Origin: an uncultured cyanobacterium
Lineage (GTDB): Bacteria; Cyanobacteriota; Cyanobacteriia; PCC-9006; JAAUQQ01
Assembly (NCBI GenBank): GCA_963718615.1
Contig: OY970368.1
Span: 2,848,001-2,912,000, forward strand
DNA length: 64,000 nt
Direction: 5' to 3'
Shown here: positions 1 to 10,718 of the stretch, one piece after another
Layout: every line of letters starts with the position of its first letter
How positions within the stretch are numbered: the stretch's first letter is position 1
Made by a program: the position numbers and the translations under genes
The notes under the pieces: model-generated
What the model was told of the DNA's origin: nothing
The model's input: only the letters and a program-made list of their open reading frames with translations
Database searches by the model: none

Positions 1-11
1 GATGGGTTGGA

Positions 12-1499
12 TTAATCTGCTGGCACAAAGCGATCGCGAGCAAAATCCCGCAGAGCCTCAATATCTTCCCGTCGCGAAACCGATAGCGGTACCGTTGAGC
101 GAATTTCTTCCTGCAAAATCGCAGTATTGAGCGCAACCTTGAGATGTAAGGCTCGGTAGAGTCCCGCGACTACAGCCTGCTCGATTTCTGCACCGCTAAA
201 GCCTTCGGCGGCTTCGATGAGAAGTTGCAGATCAAACTGATCTGGGTCTTGTTTGCGACGATTGAGGTGAATCTTAAAAATCGCCCGTCGGGCTTCTGCA
301 TCCGGCAGGTCCACAAAGAAAATTTCGTCAAATCTTCCTTTCCGCAGGAGTTCCGGTGGCAACTGAGATAGATCATTGGCGGTGGCGACGACAAATACCT
401 CTTCCTGCTTTTCCTGAAGCCAGGTGAGAAAGCTGCCAAACATCCGTTGGCTGGTGCCGCCGTCGGTGGATTGGCTGGGGGGACTAAAGCCTTTTTCCAA
501 TTCATCGATCCAAAGCACCGCTGGAGCCATGGACTCGGCTAAACTTGTGGCGCGGCGCAGGTTCTTCTCTGACTCGCCCACGTATTTGTCATACAACCGT
601 CCGGCATCGAGCTTGAGCAGCGCCAACCGCCAACTGCGGGCAATCACCTTAGCGGCAAGAGATTTACCACAGCCCTGTACCCCAACGATCAAGATGCCCT
701 TAGGCGGATTGAGATTGAGGGCCTGAGCCTCGGCACTGAAACCGACCTCCGCTCGCTTAATCCAGTCTTTGAGATTATCAAAACCGCCGATCTCGCTGCT
801 GTTGTCCTGGGGCGGAAAATATTCGAGTAGTCCTCCTTCCTGCAAAAACTGAATTTTGCGGGCCTGAATGTCTTCTAGATCGCTGGCCGAAAGTTTCTGG
901 TCTGTGAGCGCAGCGTAGGCGAGGATCTGCCGCGCTTGGTTGATCGTCATGCCGCGCAGGGCATCCAAAATAGCACCGAGTTCGGCGGGGGCTAGGTCAA
1001 TTTGAATTTGCTGTTTGAGATTGAGCGATCGCACCACCGCTTGCAGCACCTCATAGAGCTCATCCCGTGTCGGCATCTGTAAGGCATAGTGAATGGCTAC
1101 CAGTTCATCGGGCACTTGAAGCTGGGCTCCGGTCAACACAATCGAAGCATGGTTCTGACTAAACTGCTGGCTAAGTTCTCGAAACTTCCGCAGGAGCTTA
1201 GCATCCTTGAACTGCTGGCTAAAATCTTTCAGCAAAAAAATTCCTTCAGAGGGAAGCGCCGCCATCTCTTGTAGCAACTGCATGGGATCCTGGGAACCGG
1301 CGATCGCCTCTCCCTGGGGCGATCGCGACAAACCGCGTGTAACCGTCCATTCATACAATGGCAACCGCAAGTCCTGGGCGACGTTTTCCAATAGCGCCGT
1401 GACCCGCTCCTCCTCAATAGTTTCCATCGCGATCACGGAATGAAACGACAAAATCAACGTTTTCAGCTCATGGACACTGGTGCTGGGCATCGCAATCAT
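12..1499 (-). CDS. AAA+ ATPase, Ycf46-like
   Basis: Walker A GVQGCGKS, Walker B LWIDELEK and the SRH motif PPELLRKGRFDEIFFVDLP; degenerate N-terminal ATPase-like region typical of the Ycf46 family. Confidence 0.85.
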   Translation of the reverse strand: MIAMPSTSVHELKTLILSFHSVIAMETIEEERVTALLENVAQDLRLPLYEWTVTRGLSRSPQGEAIAGSQDPMQLLQEMAALPSEGIFLLKDFSQQFKDAKLLRKFRELSQQFSQNHASIVLTGAQLQVPDELVAIHYALQMPTRDELYEVLQAVVRSLNLKQQIQIDLAPAELGAILDALRGMTINQARQILAYAALTDQKLSASDLEDIQARKIQFLQEGGLLEYFPPQDNSSEIGGFDNLKDWIKRAEVGFSAEAQALNLNPPKGILIVGVQGCGKSLAAKVIARSWRLALLKLDAGRLYDKYVGESEKNLRRATSLAESMAPAVLWIDELEKGFSPPSQSTDGGTSQRMFGSFLTWLQEKQEEVFVVATANDLSQLPPELLRKGRFDEIFFVDLPDAEARRAIFKIHLNRRKQDPDQFDLQLLIEAAEGFSGAEIEQAVVAGLYRALHLKVALNTAILQEEIRSTVPLSVSRREDIEALRDFARDRFVPAD

Positions 1500-1589
1500 G
1501 GCAGGGGAGGAACCGGTAGAGCCGAGACCGGCGCTTCGCTATGATGGGGGCTCTAGAAAGCACTATAGGCCCAATCGCGCCCGTCGCCC

Positions 1590-2348
1590 ATGACCTTCCA
1601 GCCGCCTGTCTCGCCTCGTTTGTCCGCCGCTCCTGCCCCCAGTGCAGACGAGATTCAGAATCTCTTTAACCGCATTGCGCCGGTTTACGATCGCCTCAAC
1701 GATCAGCTTAGCTTTGGGCTCCATCGGGTCTGGAAGCGCATGGCGGTGGGCTGGGCCGGGGCAAAATCGGGCGATCGCGTCCTCGATCTGTGCTGCGGCA
1801 CGGGGGATATTGCCCTGCTCTTAGCCGATGTGGTCGGTCCGGCGGGTCAAGTGTATGGCGTTGATTTTGCCTGTGATTTGCTCCAGGTCGCGGCCCAGCG
1901 CCAGCGGGCAACAGGGCGATCGCAGCCTATCACCTGGCAGCCGGGAGATGCTCTCAGCTTGAATTTTTCCGATGACTTTTTCGACGCAGCAACCCTAGGC
2001 TATGGTCTGCGCAATGTTACCAATATTCCCAAAGCCCTGCGCGAACTCCACCGGGTGCTCAAACCGGGAGCCAAAGCCGCAATTTTAGATATGCATCGAC
2101 CAACCCAGGAAATCATGCAAGGCTTCCAGCGGTTGTATTTAGATCAATGGGTGGTGCCTGCAGCGACAAGGCTCGGCATGGCCCAGGAGTATATTTATAT
2201 TCACCCCAGTTTGGAGCGGTTTCCCCAGGGGGCGGAGCAGGTGGCGATCGCCCGTTCAGCGGGCTTTATTGATGCGGTTCATTATCCGTTGGTAGGGGGA
2301 TTAATGGGAATCTTGGTCCTACAGAAAGCACGTTATTCGCAACCTTAA
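1590..2348 (+). CDS. menG: Demethylphylloquinol/demethylmenaquinone methyltransferase (UbiE/MenG family)
   Basis: FNRIAPVYDRLND..SFGLHRVWK, SAM motif VLDLCCGTGD, GYGLRNV..ALRELHRVLKPG. Confidence 0.88.
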   Translation: MTFQPPVSPRLSAAPAPSADEIQNLFNRIAPVYDRLNDQLSFGLHRVWKRMAVGWAGAKSGDRVLDLCCGTGDIALLLADVVGPAGQVYGVDFACDLLQVAAQRQRATGRSQPITWQPGDALSLNFSDDFFDAATLGYGLRNVTNIPKALRELHRVLKPGAKAAILDMHRPTQEIMQGFQRLYLDQWVVPAATRLGMAQEYIYIHPSLERFPQGAEQVAIARSAGFIDAVHYPLVGGLMGILVLQKARYSQP

Positions 2349-2382
2349 TCCTTTGAATTGGCGGATTGAGTTGGCGGGTTAG

Positions 2383-2577
2383 TTAATCTTGATCCGTGGG
2401 GCGGGGCGATCGCAGCTGCATAATGGCTTGTCGCGTATTCACCACCTCATCAATCAGCGCCGTATCGCTCCTGACCGAGCGACCAAGGGATTCTAGGTGA
2501 CCGAGCGTGCGAATAAGACCCCATTGCAGACTAGTAATTGTTTCTCGCAGTTCTCGAATTTCTTCCGAGGTATCCAT
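2383..2577 (-). CDS. Small hypothetical protein (64 aa), paralog of the adjacent ORF
   Basis: AGGAG Shine-Dalgarno upstream of the ATG; aligns along its length with the ORF at 2840-3040. Confidence 0.7.
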   Translation of the reverse strand: MDTSEEIRELRETITSLQWGLIRTLGHLESLGRSVRSDTALIDEVVNTRQAIMQLRSPRPTDQD

Positions 2578-2839
2578 TAAACATGCTCCTGAGTGAGTGA
2601 AAGACGTACTAAAGAGTGAATCAAGAATCTTATGTGTATTTCGGTCTCTGATGATCTAATTTCAAGATTCCCACTCAGCTGTCTTTGCTACTTCTATAGA
2701 AACATGCGAAAATTACGATTGGCATCCTGATTCTAGCCGATCGCAATTATCTGGAAATGTCGTAGAACTACGGATACTTTAAGGGGCGCTTTAAGAAAAG
2801 TCTATGAAGTCCAGGCGTTACTGCTCGTGAGCGGAAGAT

Positions 2840-3040
2840 TTAGTTTGAAGACTCATTCAAGGGCGGAGACGGTTTAAGATGCATCACAGCTCTGCCAGCT
2901 TTTTCAATGCGCTTCAACACATCCTCATCCACGGCGGCATCTTGTCCGACCAATTCACAGCACTTCAATGTTTCTACTAGCGCCCATTGGAGACTAGTGA
3001 CCACTTCCCTTAGTTCCCTGACTTCTTCCTGGTTATCCAC
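2840..3040 (-). CDS. Small hypothetical protein (~66 aa from a GTG start), paralog of 2383-2577
   Basis: GTG-DNQEEVRELREVVTSLQW aligns with MDTSEEIRELRETITSLQW; AAGGA upstream; the ORF-track start at 3166 is probably too far upstream. Confidence 0.65.
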   Translation of the reverse strand: MDNQEEVRELREVVTSLQWALVETLKCCELVGQDAAVDEDVLKRIEKAGRAVMHLKPSPPLNESSN

Positions 3041-3479
3041 CACCACTACCGTCCTTTGCAAAGAACACGTTTCTTTCAGGTATCCCTGGATTCTACTGTC
3101 AAGTTTGCCCAAACTAGTTCCCCCATTTGGGGGATGCCACTCCATTGCATATTTAATTTCATGCATAAGGTGTCAACAAAGTCAGGATCAAATTGTTTAG
3201 AGCCCTTTTCATGATTCAGAATAGCAGCGTCAGTGGGTAGCGTTCCATGGGTCTAACACGGAATCTTTCGTCTTTTACGGCAACCAAGGATAAATAGTAT
3301 CCGTGTAAGCACGTAATGCGATCGCGATCAGTATCCATAGATGCCCGGAGATCAATTTCCGTACAAATTTGGGCCAACTTGGGCCGAAGGTCGCCGAGGG
3401 ACAACCTATCATGGAAACGGGAGGTTTTCGATCGCCTCTCCATACCAGCTATCTCACCTCTGTTGAGCCGACCTCTTTC

Positions 3480-4709
3480 GTGGCAATTACTGATCTTTGG
3501 CTGTGGATTGCGCCCCCGCTCGCAGGAGGCATCATTGGCTATTTCACCAATGATCTGGCGATCAAGATGCTGTTTCGCCCCTATCGCCCGATTTATCTGT
3601 TTGGGCGTCGGTTACCGTTTACGCCGGGGTTGATTCCCAGTAACCAGGAACGCCTTGCCCAGCGGATTGCAGACGCCATCATGGGCTCGTTGCTGACACC
3701 CGAGGAATTGCAGAACCTCGCGCGCAAGCTCCTGGAAACTGAACGGCTCCAGCAAATTATTCTGTGGTTGCTGCAGCTAGCCCTCGACCAAATCCAGAAA
3801 CGCGAGGACTCCAAGCCCATTCGGATTTTAGCGGGAATTTTACATGATCTCTTTAGTCAGTCGCTGCCTCGCCTGATTCGAGTGTTGGCGCGGCGAGAAG
3901 ATTTTCTGGAGACCCAGCTCAACCAAATTTTTGACCAGGTCTTGTTAGAGTTTCAACTGAACGAAGCCCAGGCCCATCAAATGGCCACCTGGCTGCTTAC
4001 GGGGGTGTTTCCACCGGATGTGCTTCGCCAGGGACTGGTAGATTTTCTAACGGATCGGAACATCTACGCCATTGATGAGGCGTTTCGCGAAAAAAGCAGC
4101 GGTACCTATTGGGTGGTGGCCAATCTCTTTGGGCTGCGCAATACGCTGACCCGCTTGCGGGCCTATTGCCTAGATGAGCGGGAATCTAGTAACGCCGTGA
4201 TTCAGGAGCTTTGTTCGGTCCTCGACTTAGAGAATCGGGTCCAGGAGTGGCTCGAAAACTTTTCGCTGCAAAATCTGCCCGTGGTGACGGTGCGACAATT
4301 GCGTAAAACCATGCGGGAAACGGTGCGGGAGTATTTGCGCTCTCAGGGGAGTGAGATGCTTCAGGGATTGGGGCAGTCGTTGGATTGGGAGAATATTGCC
4401 AATTTGGTCATCAGTCGGCTCCGCAATTCTCCAGTGTTGGAATCGTCCTTGACCTTAGTGAGCGAAGAGCTGGCGCTAATTTTGGAGCGCTATCTGGAGC
4501 GGGATCTGGAAAAAATTGTGGCTCAGGCGATCCCGATTTTGTCGATTGATGCGGTGATTATGAGCCGGGTGAAGGCAACGCCGCCCCAGGAGCTCGAAGC
4601 TGCGATTCAGGGCATTGTCAAGAGCGAACTTCAGGCCATTGTGAATCTGGGCGGAGTTTTGGGGGTGGTGATTGGTCTGGTGCAGGCGGTATTGATTGGG
4701 CTGCGCTGA
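3480..4709 (+). CDS. DUF445 family membrane-anchored protein
   Basis: [26 protein letters not shown] at the N-terminus and [13 protein letters not shown] at the C-terminus; GTG 3480 chosen as start (frame open from 3369). Confidence 0.85.
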   Translation: MAITDLWLWIAPPLAGGIIGYFTNDLAIKMLFRPYRPIYLFGRRLPFTPGLIPSNQERLAQRIADAIMGSLLTPEELQNLARKLLETERLQQIILWLLQLALDQIQKREDSKPIRILAGILHDLFSQSLPRLIRVLARREDFLETQLNQIFDQVLLEFQLNEAQAHQMATWLLTGVFPPDVLRQGLVDFLTDRNIYAIDEAFREKSSGTYWVVANLFGLRNTLTRLRAYCLDERESSNAVIQELCSVLDLENRVQEWLENFSLQNLPVVTVRQLRKTMRETVREYLRSQGSEMLQGLGQSLDWENIANLVISRLRNSPVLESSLTLVSEELALILERYLERDLEKIVAQAIPILSIDAVIMSRVKATPPQELEAAIQGIVKSELQAIVNLGGVLGVVIGLVQAVLIGLR

Positions 4710-4956
4710 GTGAAGGGTTAGGCCGTGTCAACGGGTGAGAGAGGTGAGGGGTGAGGTGAGGCTGCGATCGCGGGGGATGCGATCGCTTCTTTCGTCTTGC
4801 CCGAACAGGTGTCTGTGAAAATACTTGCATCTCCCACTGCTTGATAGCTGGACATTATTAAGTCTTCATGACAATTGGGGGAGGGGATGTAGCGGAGATA
4901 TAGAAGTTTGCGATTAAAGGGAAATGGCTAACAGGAAATCGTTCAACTCGAATCGT

Positions 4957-7449
4957 TCAACCCAAATGCAGTGGATCTACATCGACCATGAGGCTGACCT
5001 CGGGGGGACAACTTTTACGCAGCACGGCGAGGTCGGGCAGTATCGAAGTTGGAGGTGAGGTATGGGGCGAGGTCGGCAGTTTGAGCAAAATATGCCAGCG
5101 ATAGCGTTGGGCAACACGGGCGATGGGGGCCGGGGCAGGGCCGAGGATGTGGCAGTCTGAGGACAGAAGCAGGGCGAGATGATCGGCTAGGCGATCGGCG
5201 GCGGCCATGACAGCAGCTTCGTCTCGGCTACTGAGTCGTAGCAGAATTAATTGTCCATAGGGAGGATAGCGCAGGGCTTGGCGATCGCTCAGCTCCGTGG
5301 CGAGAAAAGGCCCATAGCGATGGGCTTGGACCGCTGCAATGACCGGATGCTCAGGGCTATAGGTTTGCAAAATTACCCGACCCGGTTCGTCGCCGCGCCC
5401 AGCCCGTCCGGCCACTTGCAGAAGGGTTTGGCAGGCCCGTTCAGCGGCACGGAAGTCGGCCTGATGCAAAAGACCATCAGCAGCGACGATGCCCACGAGG
5501 GTGACCTGGGGTAGATCAATGCCCTTGGTTAACATTTGGGTACCCACGAGCAAATCCGCTCCCCCCTCGGCAAATTGGCTCAGCAGACGACGATGGGCTC
5601 CCTTTTGACGGGTAGTATCGCTATCAAACCGCAGGGCTCGCAATTGGGGAAACAGTTCCCGCAGGGTTTGCATCACCCGCTGGGTACCACTCCCAAAGTT
5701 TTTGAGATAGGGGGACTGGCAGCTAGGGCAGGTTTGCGGATGGGCTTGGACGTGATTGCAATAGTGACAGCGTAGGATGGGGCGGGCGCTGGCGTGGGTA
5801 TGGTGATAGGTGAGCGAAACGTCGCAATGGGGACAGACCAGGGCTTCGCCACAGCTACGGCAGGAGACAAAAGTACTGTGCCCCCGTCGGTGGATAAATA
5901 GCAGTCCCTGTTGTCCTTTGGCTAGGGTGTCGGCGATCGCCTCCTGCAGCGTCCGGCTAAAAATCGAACGATTGCCCTGGTGCAGTTCCTCGCGCAGATC
6001 GACCACCTCGACCGGGGGCTGGGGACGTTGGTAAATCCGCTCGGGCATGGAAAGAGAGACAATACGGGGATCCACCTGCGCCGCCCACCAGGTTTCTGCG
6101 GCGGGTGTGGCGGACCCTAAAATCAAGGGACAATTTTGGGTCGCGGCTCGCCACTGGGCCACCGTCCGGGCATGGTAGCAGGGCATGGGTTGGTCTTGCT
6201 TGAAGCTGCTGTCGTGCTCTTCATCAAGAATAATCAGCCCCAACTGGGGCAACGGCGCAAACACCGCTGAGCGAGTCCCAATCACCACCTGGGGATAGCC
6301 CAGGAGCATCTGCCGCCAGGTGTCGTAGCGTTCTCCCACGGACAGACCGCTGTGATAGACACAAACCCGATCGCCAAACCGTTGGCGAAAGCGATCGGTG
6401 AGCTGGGGCGTCAGCCCAATTTCTGGCACGAGGACGAGGGCGGATTGACCCCGCTGAAGGAGAGGCGCGATCGCCTGCAAATACACCTCGGTTTTGCCTG
6501 AGCCGGTCACGCCATGGAGCAACACCGTTTGATCACGGCTGGAAGACTGACGCTCAGGGTGCGTGAGGGAATGAATTTTTTCTAGGGCTACGGCTTGATC
6601 CGGCGTCAGGGGTTTGGGTTGGTCCGGGGCGATCGCCCCCCCTGTCTCCGCCCGCAGCCGCTCGCGGGTTTGAATTGCCACTAGTCCTTTGGCCTCCAGG
6701 GCCTTGACCACGGAATCACTGGCTTGGCTCTGGGCCAACAAGTCGGGCATCCATAGATCGCCCCCTTGCCGCCGCAAAACATTGAGAACTTCCTGCTGAC
6801 GCGCGGTGAGCGTTGGCATCTCCCTGGACTCCGCCAGCAAAACCACTGCCCGTTGGAGCTTGGGTTGGCAAGTACTGGGCACCTCCAAAAAACTCTCTAC
6901 CCAGCCCCGACGTAGGAGCTCCCGCAGTCCTGCATGGGCTCCTTTAATGTGCTGCTGCAGATAGCGCCAGGTGTAGCCATCCCCTTTGGAGCGCTGAAGC
7001 TGGGTATAAAGGGCTTGGGCCGTGGGGCTGAGGGTTGCGATCGCCGGTTGAATTTCTTCTGGAGACGCGACTGGGGACGCGATCGCCCCCGGCACCAACC
7101 GCACTCGCCGCTGAGATTTGCTCAATAGCTGGGGCGGCAACGCCACCCGAATCACCTGCATTAAGGGCGTGTGGTAATAGGTGGCAACCCGTTCGAGCAA
7201 AACCCAATAGCCCGGTGGGAAAAACCCTCGGGCGCTCACGTCGATAACGGGACGAATGGGCGTATTGGCGAGATCGGGAGGCGGCTGGTGAATGAGATGG
7301 AGGGCGATCGCTCCCAACTGCTGTGCCCCAAAAGGCACCGTTAGAATATCTCCAGGACAGACCGTGAGGGATTCAGGTACAGCATAGGTAAATCGTCCCT
7401 GCGCCCCTGGACAATCCACCAACACTTCAACCCAGGTCGCAACAGTCAT
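4957..7449 (-). CDS. priA: Primosomal protein N' (replication restart helicase)
   Basis: LLHGVTGSGKTEVY, DEEHD, Cys-rich zinc motifs (CRSC..CPHC..CHYC..CPSC), QVAGRAGR. Confidence 0.97.
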   Translation of the reverse strand: MTVATWVEVLVDCPGAQGRFTYAVPESLTVCPGDILTVPFGAQQLGAIALHLIHQPPPDLANTPIRPVIDVSARGFFPPGYWVLLERVATYYHTPLMQVIRVALPPQLLSKSQRRVRLVPGAIASPVASPEEIQPAIATLSPTAQALYTQLQRSKGDGYTWRYLQQHIKGAHAGLRELLRRGWVESFLEVPSTCQPKLQRAVVLLAESREMPTLTARQQEVLNVLRRQGGDLWMPDLLAQSQASDSVVKALEAKGLVAIQTRERLRAETGGAIAPDQPKPLTPDQAVALEKIHSLTHPERQSSSRDQTVLLHGVTGSGKTEVYLQAIAPLLQRGQSALVLVPEIGLTPQLTDRFRQRFGDRVCVYHSGLSVGERYDTWRQMLLGYPQVVIGTRSAVFAPLPQLGLIILDEEHDSSFKQDQPMPCYHARTVAQWRAATQNCPLILGSATPAAETWWAAQVDPRIVSLSMPERIYQRPQPPVEVVDLREELHQGNRSIFSRTLQEAIADTLAKGQQGLLFIHRRGHSTFVSCRSCGEALVCPHCDVSLTYHHTHASARPILRCHYCNHVQAHPQTCPSCQSPYLKNFGSGTQRVMQTLRELFPQLRALRFDSDTTRQKGAHRRLLSQFAEGGADLLVGTQMLTKGIDLPQVTLVGIVAADGLLHQADFRAAERACQTLLQVAGRAGRGDEPGRVILQTYSPEHPVIAAVQAHRYGPFLATELSDRQALRYPPYGQLILLRLSSRDEAAVMAAADRLADHLALLLSSDCHILGPAPAPIARVAQRYRWHILLKLPTSPHTSPPTSILPDLAVLRKSCPPEVSLMVDVDPLHLG

Positions 7450-7515
7450 GATATCCGTAGGGAAATTCGCCCTTGATTACCCTCTATCGCCCTCTATCCT
7501 ATCCCACGGCTTTGA

Positions 7516-7878
7516 TTAAGGGAGAAAGCTGTGAATCACGCTGAGTAAGTCATGAATCGAAAAGGGTTTAGCCAGGTAAAAATCCGCACCGGACCCAAGC
7601 CCTTGCTGGGAATCTGCCTGGGAGGCTTTTGCAGAGAGAAAGATAAAGGGAATGGCAGCTAGATTCGCATTTTGTCGTAGTGCGCGCAGAACATCGTAGC
7701 CGCTAAATTCCGGCATCAAGACATCACAAAGAATGAGGTCGGGGCGATGGTTTTCAACCAGAGCAATCCCTTCGCGCCCATCCCGAGCACCTACAGCAAT
7801 AAATCCTTCAGCATCTAGGAGTTCTAAAATATTTTCCCGTACAAAGTCTTCGTTTTCGATAACGATTATTGTTGCCAT
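7516..7878 (-). CDS. Single-domain response regulator (receiver only)
   Basis: IENED, phosphoacceptor in PDLILCD, FIFLSA and YLAKPF motifs; 120 aa. Confidence 0.9.
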   Translation of the reverse strand: MATIIVIENEDFVRENILELLDAEGFIAVGARDGREGIALVENHRPDLILCDVLMPEFSGYDVLRALRQNANLAAIPFIFLSAKASQADSQQGLGSGADFYLAKPFSIHDLLSVIHSFLP

Positions 7879-8438
7879 AGTAACCGATTGATACCCTGAG
7901 TCCTACGGAGAAGTCTGCGAATACTCGATGGATCATGATGCACCTAAACTCAATCGGGGGCTTAAGAGAGCACAGAAAAACATGCCTATCTTAAGACCAT
8001 TTTGGCATTGCAAGCTTTTCTAGGATAATCGAAATTGAAATCCTTAAAAAGCAATTTTAACGAGATTTCAAAGCAACAATAACGCTCTGATCATAGCAAT
8101 TTAAATTGTCAAAGAATTCGACAGGGGATCGGCAGAAAAATCAAGCTGTGTTTAATTTAAAACTCGAAATAAATCGGACAAAATTCACTACTGAATATCT
8201 TTTGATCACTTGGGCGATCGCCCTCGCCATTTCACTTTCACTACAGATCCTCAAAATCAAGGTTTGAGCGCCATTCATCAATCTTCCATCCGCAAGATAG
8301 ACGTATCTTTTTCTGCTAGAAAAACTAACTGATATTTGGACTAACCTCGCAGATTTGCGGCTGCTTTGAGTTGTAAATATCACCTATTTCAGCGATCGAA
8401 ATCGTCCTGTCGTCGGGCCAACTTGCTAAATTTAAGAT

Positions 8439-8855
8439 TTATTCACCCAGAATATGAACGACAACCTGACGCACATGGCCCCGTTGGCGATGTTCCCAAA
8501 TGTAAAGTCCTTGCCAAGTTCCCAGCAGCAGTTGACCGTTGGCGATCGGGATGCTTTCAGAGGTATGGGTGAGGGCTGTGCGAATGTGGGCGGGCATATC
8601 GTCAGGGCCTTCGGTGCTGTGGACGTAATCTGCTTCTTCAGGAACGAGCTTGGCCAAAAAGGTTTTGAGATCCATCAAGACATCGGGGTCAGCATTTTCT
8701 TGAATCAGCAAACTGGCGGAGGTGTGGCGCAAAAAGACGGTGCAAAGGCCCGTGCGAATGCGGGATTCGCGGACCACAGTTGCCACGGCGTCGGTGATCT
8801 CGCAAAGGGATTTACTGGCGGTTTGGATGCGGAGGAGGGTTTGAACTTGTTGCAT
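8439..8855 (-). CDS. yjbQ: YjbQ/UPF0047 family protein
   Basis: HTSASLLIQENADPDV, EGPDDMPAHIR, LGTWQGLY.WEHR. Confidence 0.92.
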   Translation of the reverse strand: MQQVQTLLRIQTASKSLCEITDAVATVVRESRIRTGLCTVFLRHTSASLLIQENADPDVLMDLKTFLAKLVPEEADYVHSTEGPDDMPAHIRTALTHTSESIPIANGQLLLGTWQGLYIWEHRQRGHVRQVVVHILGE

Positions 8856-8886
8856 GGGAAATTTGAAGTTTTATCAACTCAAGGAT

Positions 8887-10002
8887 TCAAGGACAAGGAT
8901 TCAAAGACAAGGACTCAAAGAAATGAGCGATCGCCCCAGCAATGGCGGCATTCCCATCCTGTTTGCCTTCGCCCATTGTCTCAGGACTGCCCTGGGCGGG
9001 TTGGAGCGGTTGTCGCAAAAAGGACCAATCCTCAGCAAAAAAAGCCTCTGGCTCAATAATTTGGTGGTCTACCCACCGGGGCAAGTCTGCCAGCAGAATC
9101 GGCGCTTCCGCAAAACCCTGGCGAGTCAGGGAAATAATCGGGGTGTGTTGGCGGCAGGCTTCCGCAAAGGTGCTGTATCCCGGTTTTGAGATCACGCAAT
9201 GGCACAGAGGCATAAAGTCCACGGGGCGGTAGTGATCGCCATTGGCCTTATAGAGATTGGGCAAATCCGGAGCCTTGGCATCAAACGTAATAAATTGCCA
9301 ATCGGGAAATGCGCTGAGGCGATCATAGGGAATTTGTTGCAAGCTCAGGCCGCCAAAGGTCAGCAACACCGTTCTCGCTTGGGGTGCACTGAACCCCAAG
9401 GCTTGCCGCAGGTGCTCAGCCTCTTGGCGGGGGGTTCCTCCGGTCAGTCCCACATCTTCCATCTGGGGAAAGGCGGTCATGGGCTCGTGGAAGGGGAGGC
9501 GGAAGAGGCGATCGCACTGCCCAAAACAATCGCCAATCCAAGCGCATAGGTCTGCAAACGCTGGACCCCAGTCTCGATAAATAAAATCCCAGCCAAAATT
9601 CCCCATCATCCAGCAGGGAACCCCAGCGGCTCGGGCGATCGGGGCAGCGAGGGGAGGAATATCGGCGAAAACGAGGCCGATGCGGTTTTGGCGGATGAAT
9701 TGGGATTCAGCGGCGATGAGTTGGGTCTGGCGATCGCGAATCTGTTCCAACTTTTCCTTCGTTGCCCCCAAATCCATCGTCAAACTATCCGCCTGAACCA
9801 CCCCCACATCTAGGGTTTGGGGTCGATAAATAAAATCTCCCGGCAAATAAGCCTCCAGCAGCCAGCGGGGCGCACCTGTCGCCATCACAATCAGTAAATC
9901 TGGACAGCGGCGTTGGGCCTCTGCCATCACCGCTGCTGCGCGGGTCGCATGGCCAAAACCATGGTTAGTCACGGCCACGTAGACCGCTGGACGCTTGGGC
10001 AT
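8887..10002 (-). CDS. GT-B fold glycosyltransferase-like protein
   Basis: HGFGHATR N-terminal loop and VISKPGYSTFAEA nucleotide-sugar binding motif. Confidence 0.8.
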   Translation of the reverse strand: MPKRPAVYVAVTNHGFGHATRAAAVMAEAQRRCPDLLIVMATGAPRWLLEAYLPGDFIYRPQTLDVGVVQADSLTMDLGATKEKLEQIRDRQTQLIAAESQFIRQNRIGLVFADIPPLAAPIARAAGVPCWMMGNFGWDFIYRDWGPAFADLCAWIGDCFGQCDRLFRLPFHEPMTAFPQMEDVGLTGGTPRQEAEHLRQALGFSAPQARTVLLTFGGLSLQQIPYDRLSAFPDWQFITFDAKAPDLPNLYKANGDHYRPVDFMPLCHCVISKPGYSTFAEACRQHTPIISLTRQGFAEAPILLADLPRWVDHQIIEPEAFFAEDWSFLRQPLQPAQGSPETMGEGKQDGNAAIAGAIAHFFESLSLNPCP

Positions 10003-10085
10003 AGAAGGATAGGAACCTAAAAACCGAATATCGAAAAAGCCGACACCAGTTTAAAACGTCGAGCCGTTCCAGCCCCAGACATTAC

Positions 10086-10565
10086 TTACCCTCCATAGTT
10101 CCAGCCTGTGCTTTCTAGCAGCAGCGGCTCACCGTCCCGATGTATCCCCGCCGCGATCACTTCCCCCACAAACACCGTATGGTCCCCATGTTCCACCGAG
10201 CCCACCACCCGGCATTCCACATAGCCCAGGGAGTCTTGAATAATCGGACAGCCGGTCTCGCCCAAATAAAACTCCACGTCTTCAAACTTATTCCCCACCC
10301 GACGCAAGGGCTTAAAGAATTTCGCCGCCATCTCCTTTTGGCCCGCTTCCAGGATGCTCAGGGCAAACACCCCGCTTGCCTTAACCATGGTGTGGGACTG
10401 GGAGCCCGTATTTACACAATTCACCACCAGGGGCGGCTGAAACGACGCCTGCATCACCCAGCTCGCCGTAAACCCATTCACCGCCTCACCATCGGTTACC
10501 CCACACACATAAATCCCATGGGGAATTTTGCGGAGCATCGTCTTCTTGGCCTGTTCGTCTAACAC
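10086..10565 (-). CDS. Flavin reductase-like FMN-binding protein
   Basis: NGFTASWVMQASFQPPLV, ECRV..GDHTVFVGEV. Confidence 0.9.
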   Translation of the reverse strand: MLDEQAKKTMLRKIPHGIYVCGVTDGEAVNGFTASWVMQASFQPPLVVNCVNTGSQSHTMVKASGVFALSILEAGQKEMAAKFFKPLRRVGNKFEDVEFYLGETGCPIIQDSLGYVECRVVGSVEHGDHTVFVGEVIAAGIHRDGEPLLLESTGWNYGG

Positions 10566-10718
10566 AGCCTTGCCTCTACTTAAAACGTTCTGGTTACAAC
10601 TTTCCAGGATATCAGAGGCGATCGAGGGGACTCATCCCCCGAATAGCAGACGGCTCTATCCCACTTTCCAGCGCAAACTAGGAAGCTATAATCACGACAG
10701 TTCACCGACGAAAGCTTT

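Noticed and set aside
7880-8438. AT-rich 560-bp intergenic region with an 80-aa ORF (8141-8383), as a possible sRNA or gene
   Set aside because: No recognisable RNA family, motif or SD; more likely the regulatory region of the response regulator.
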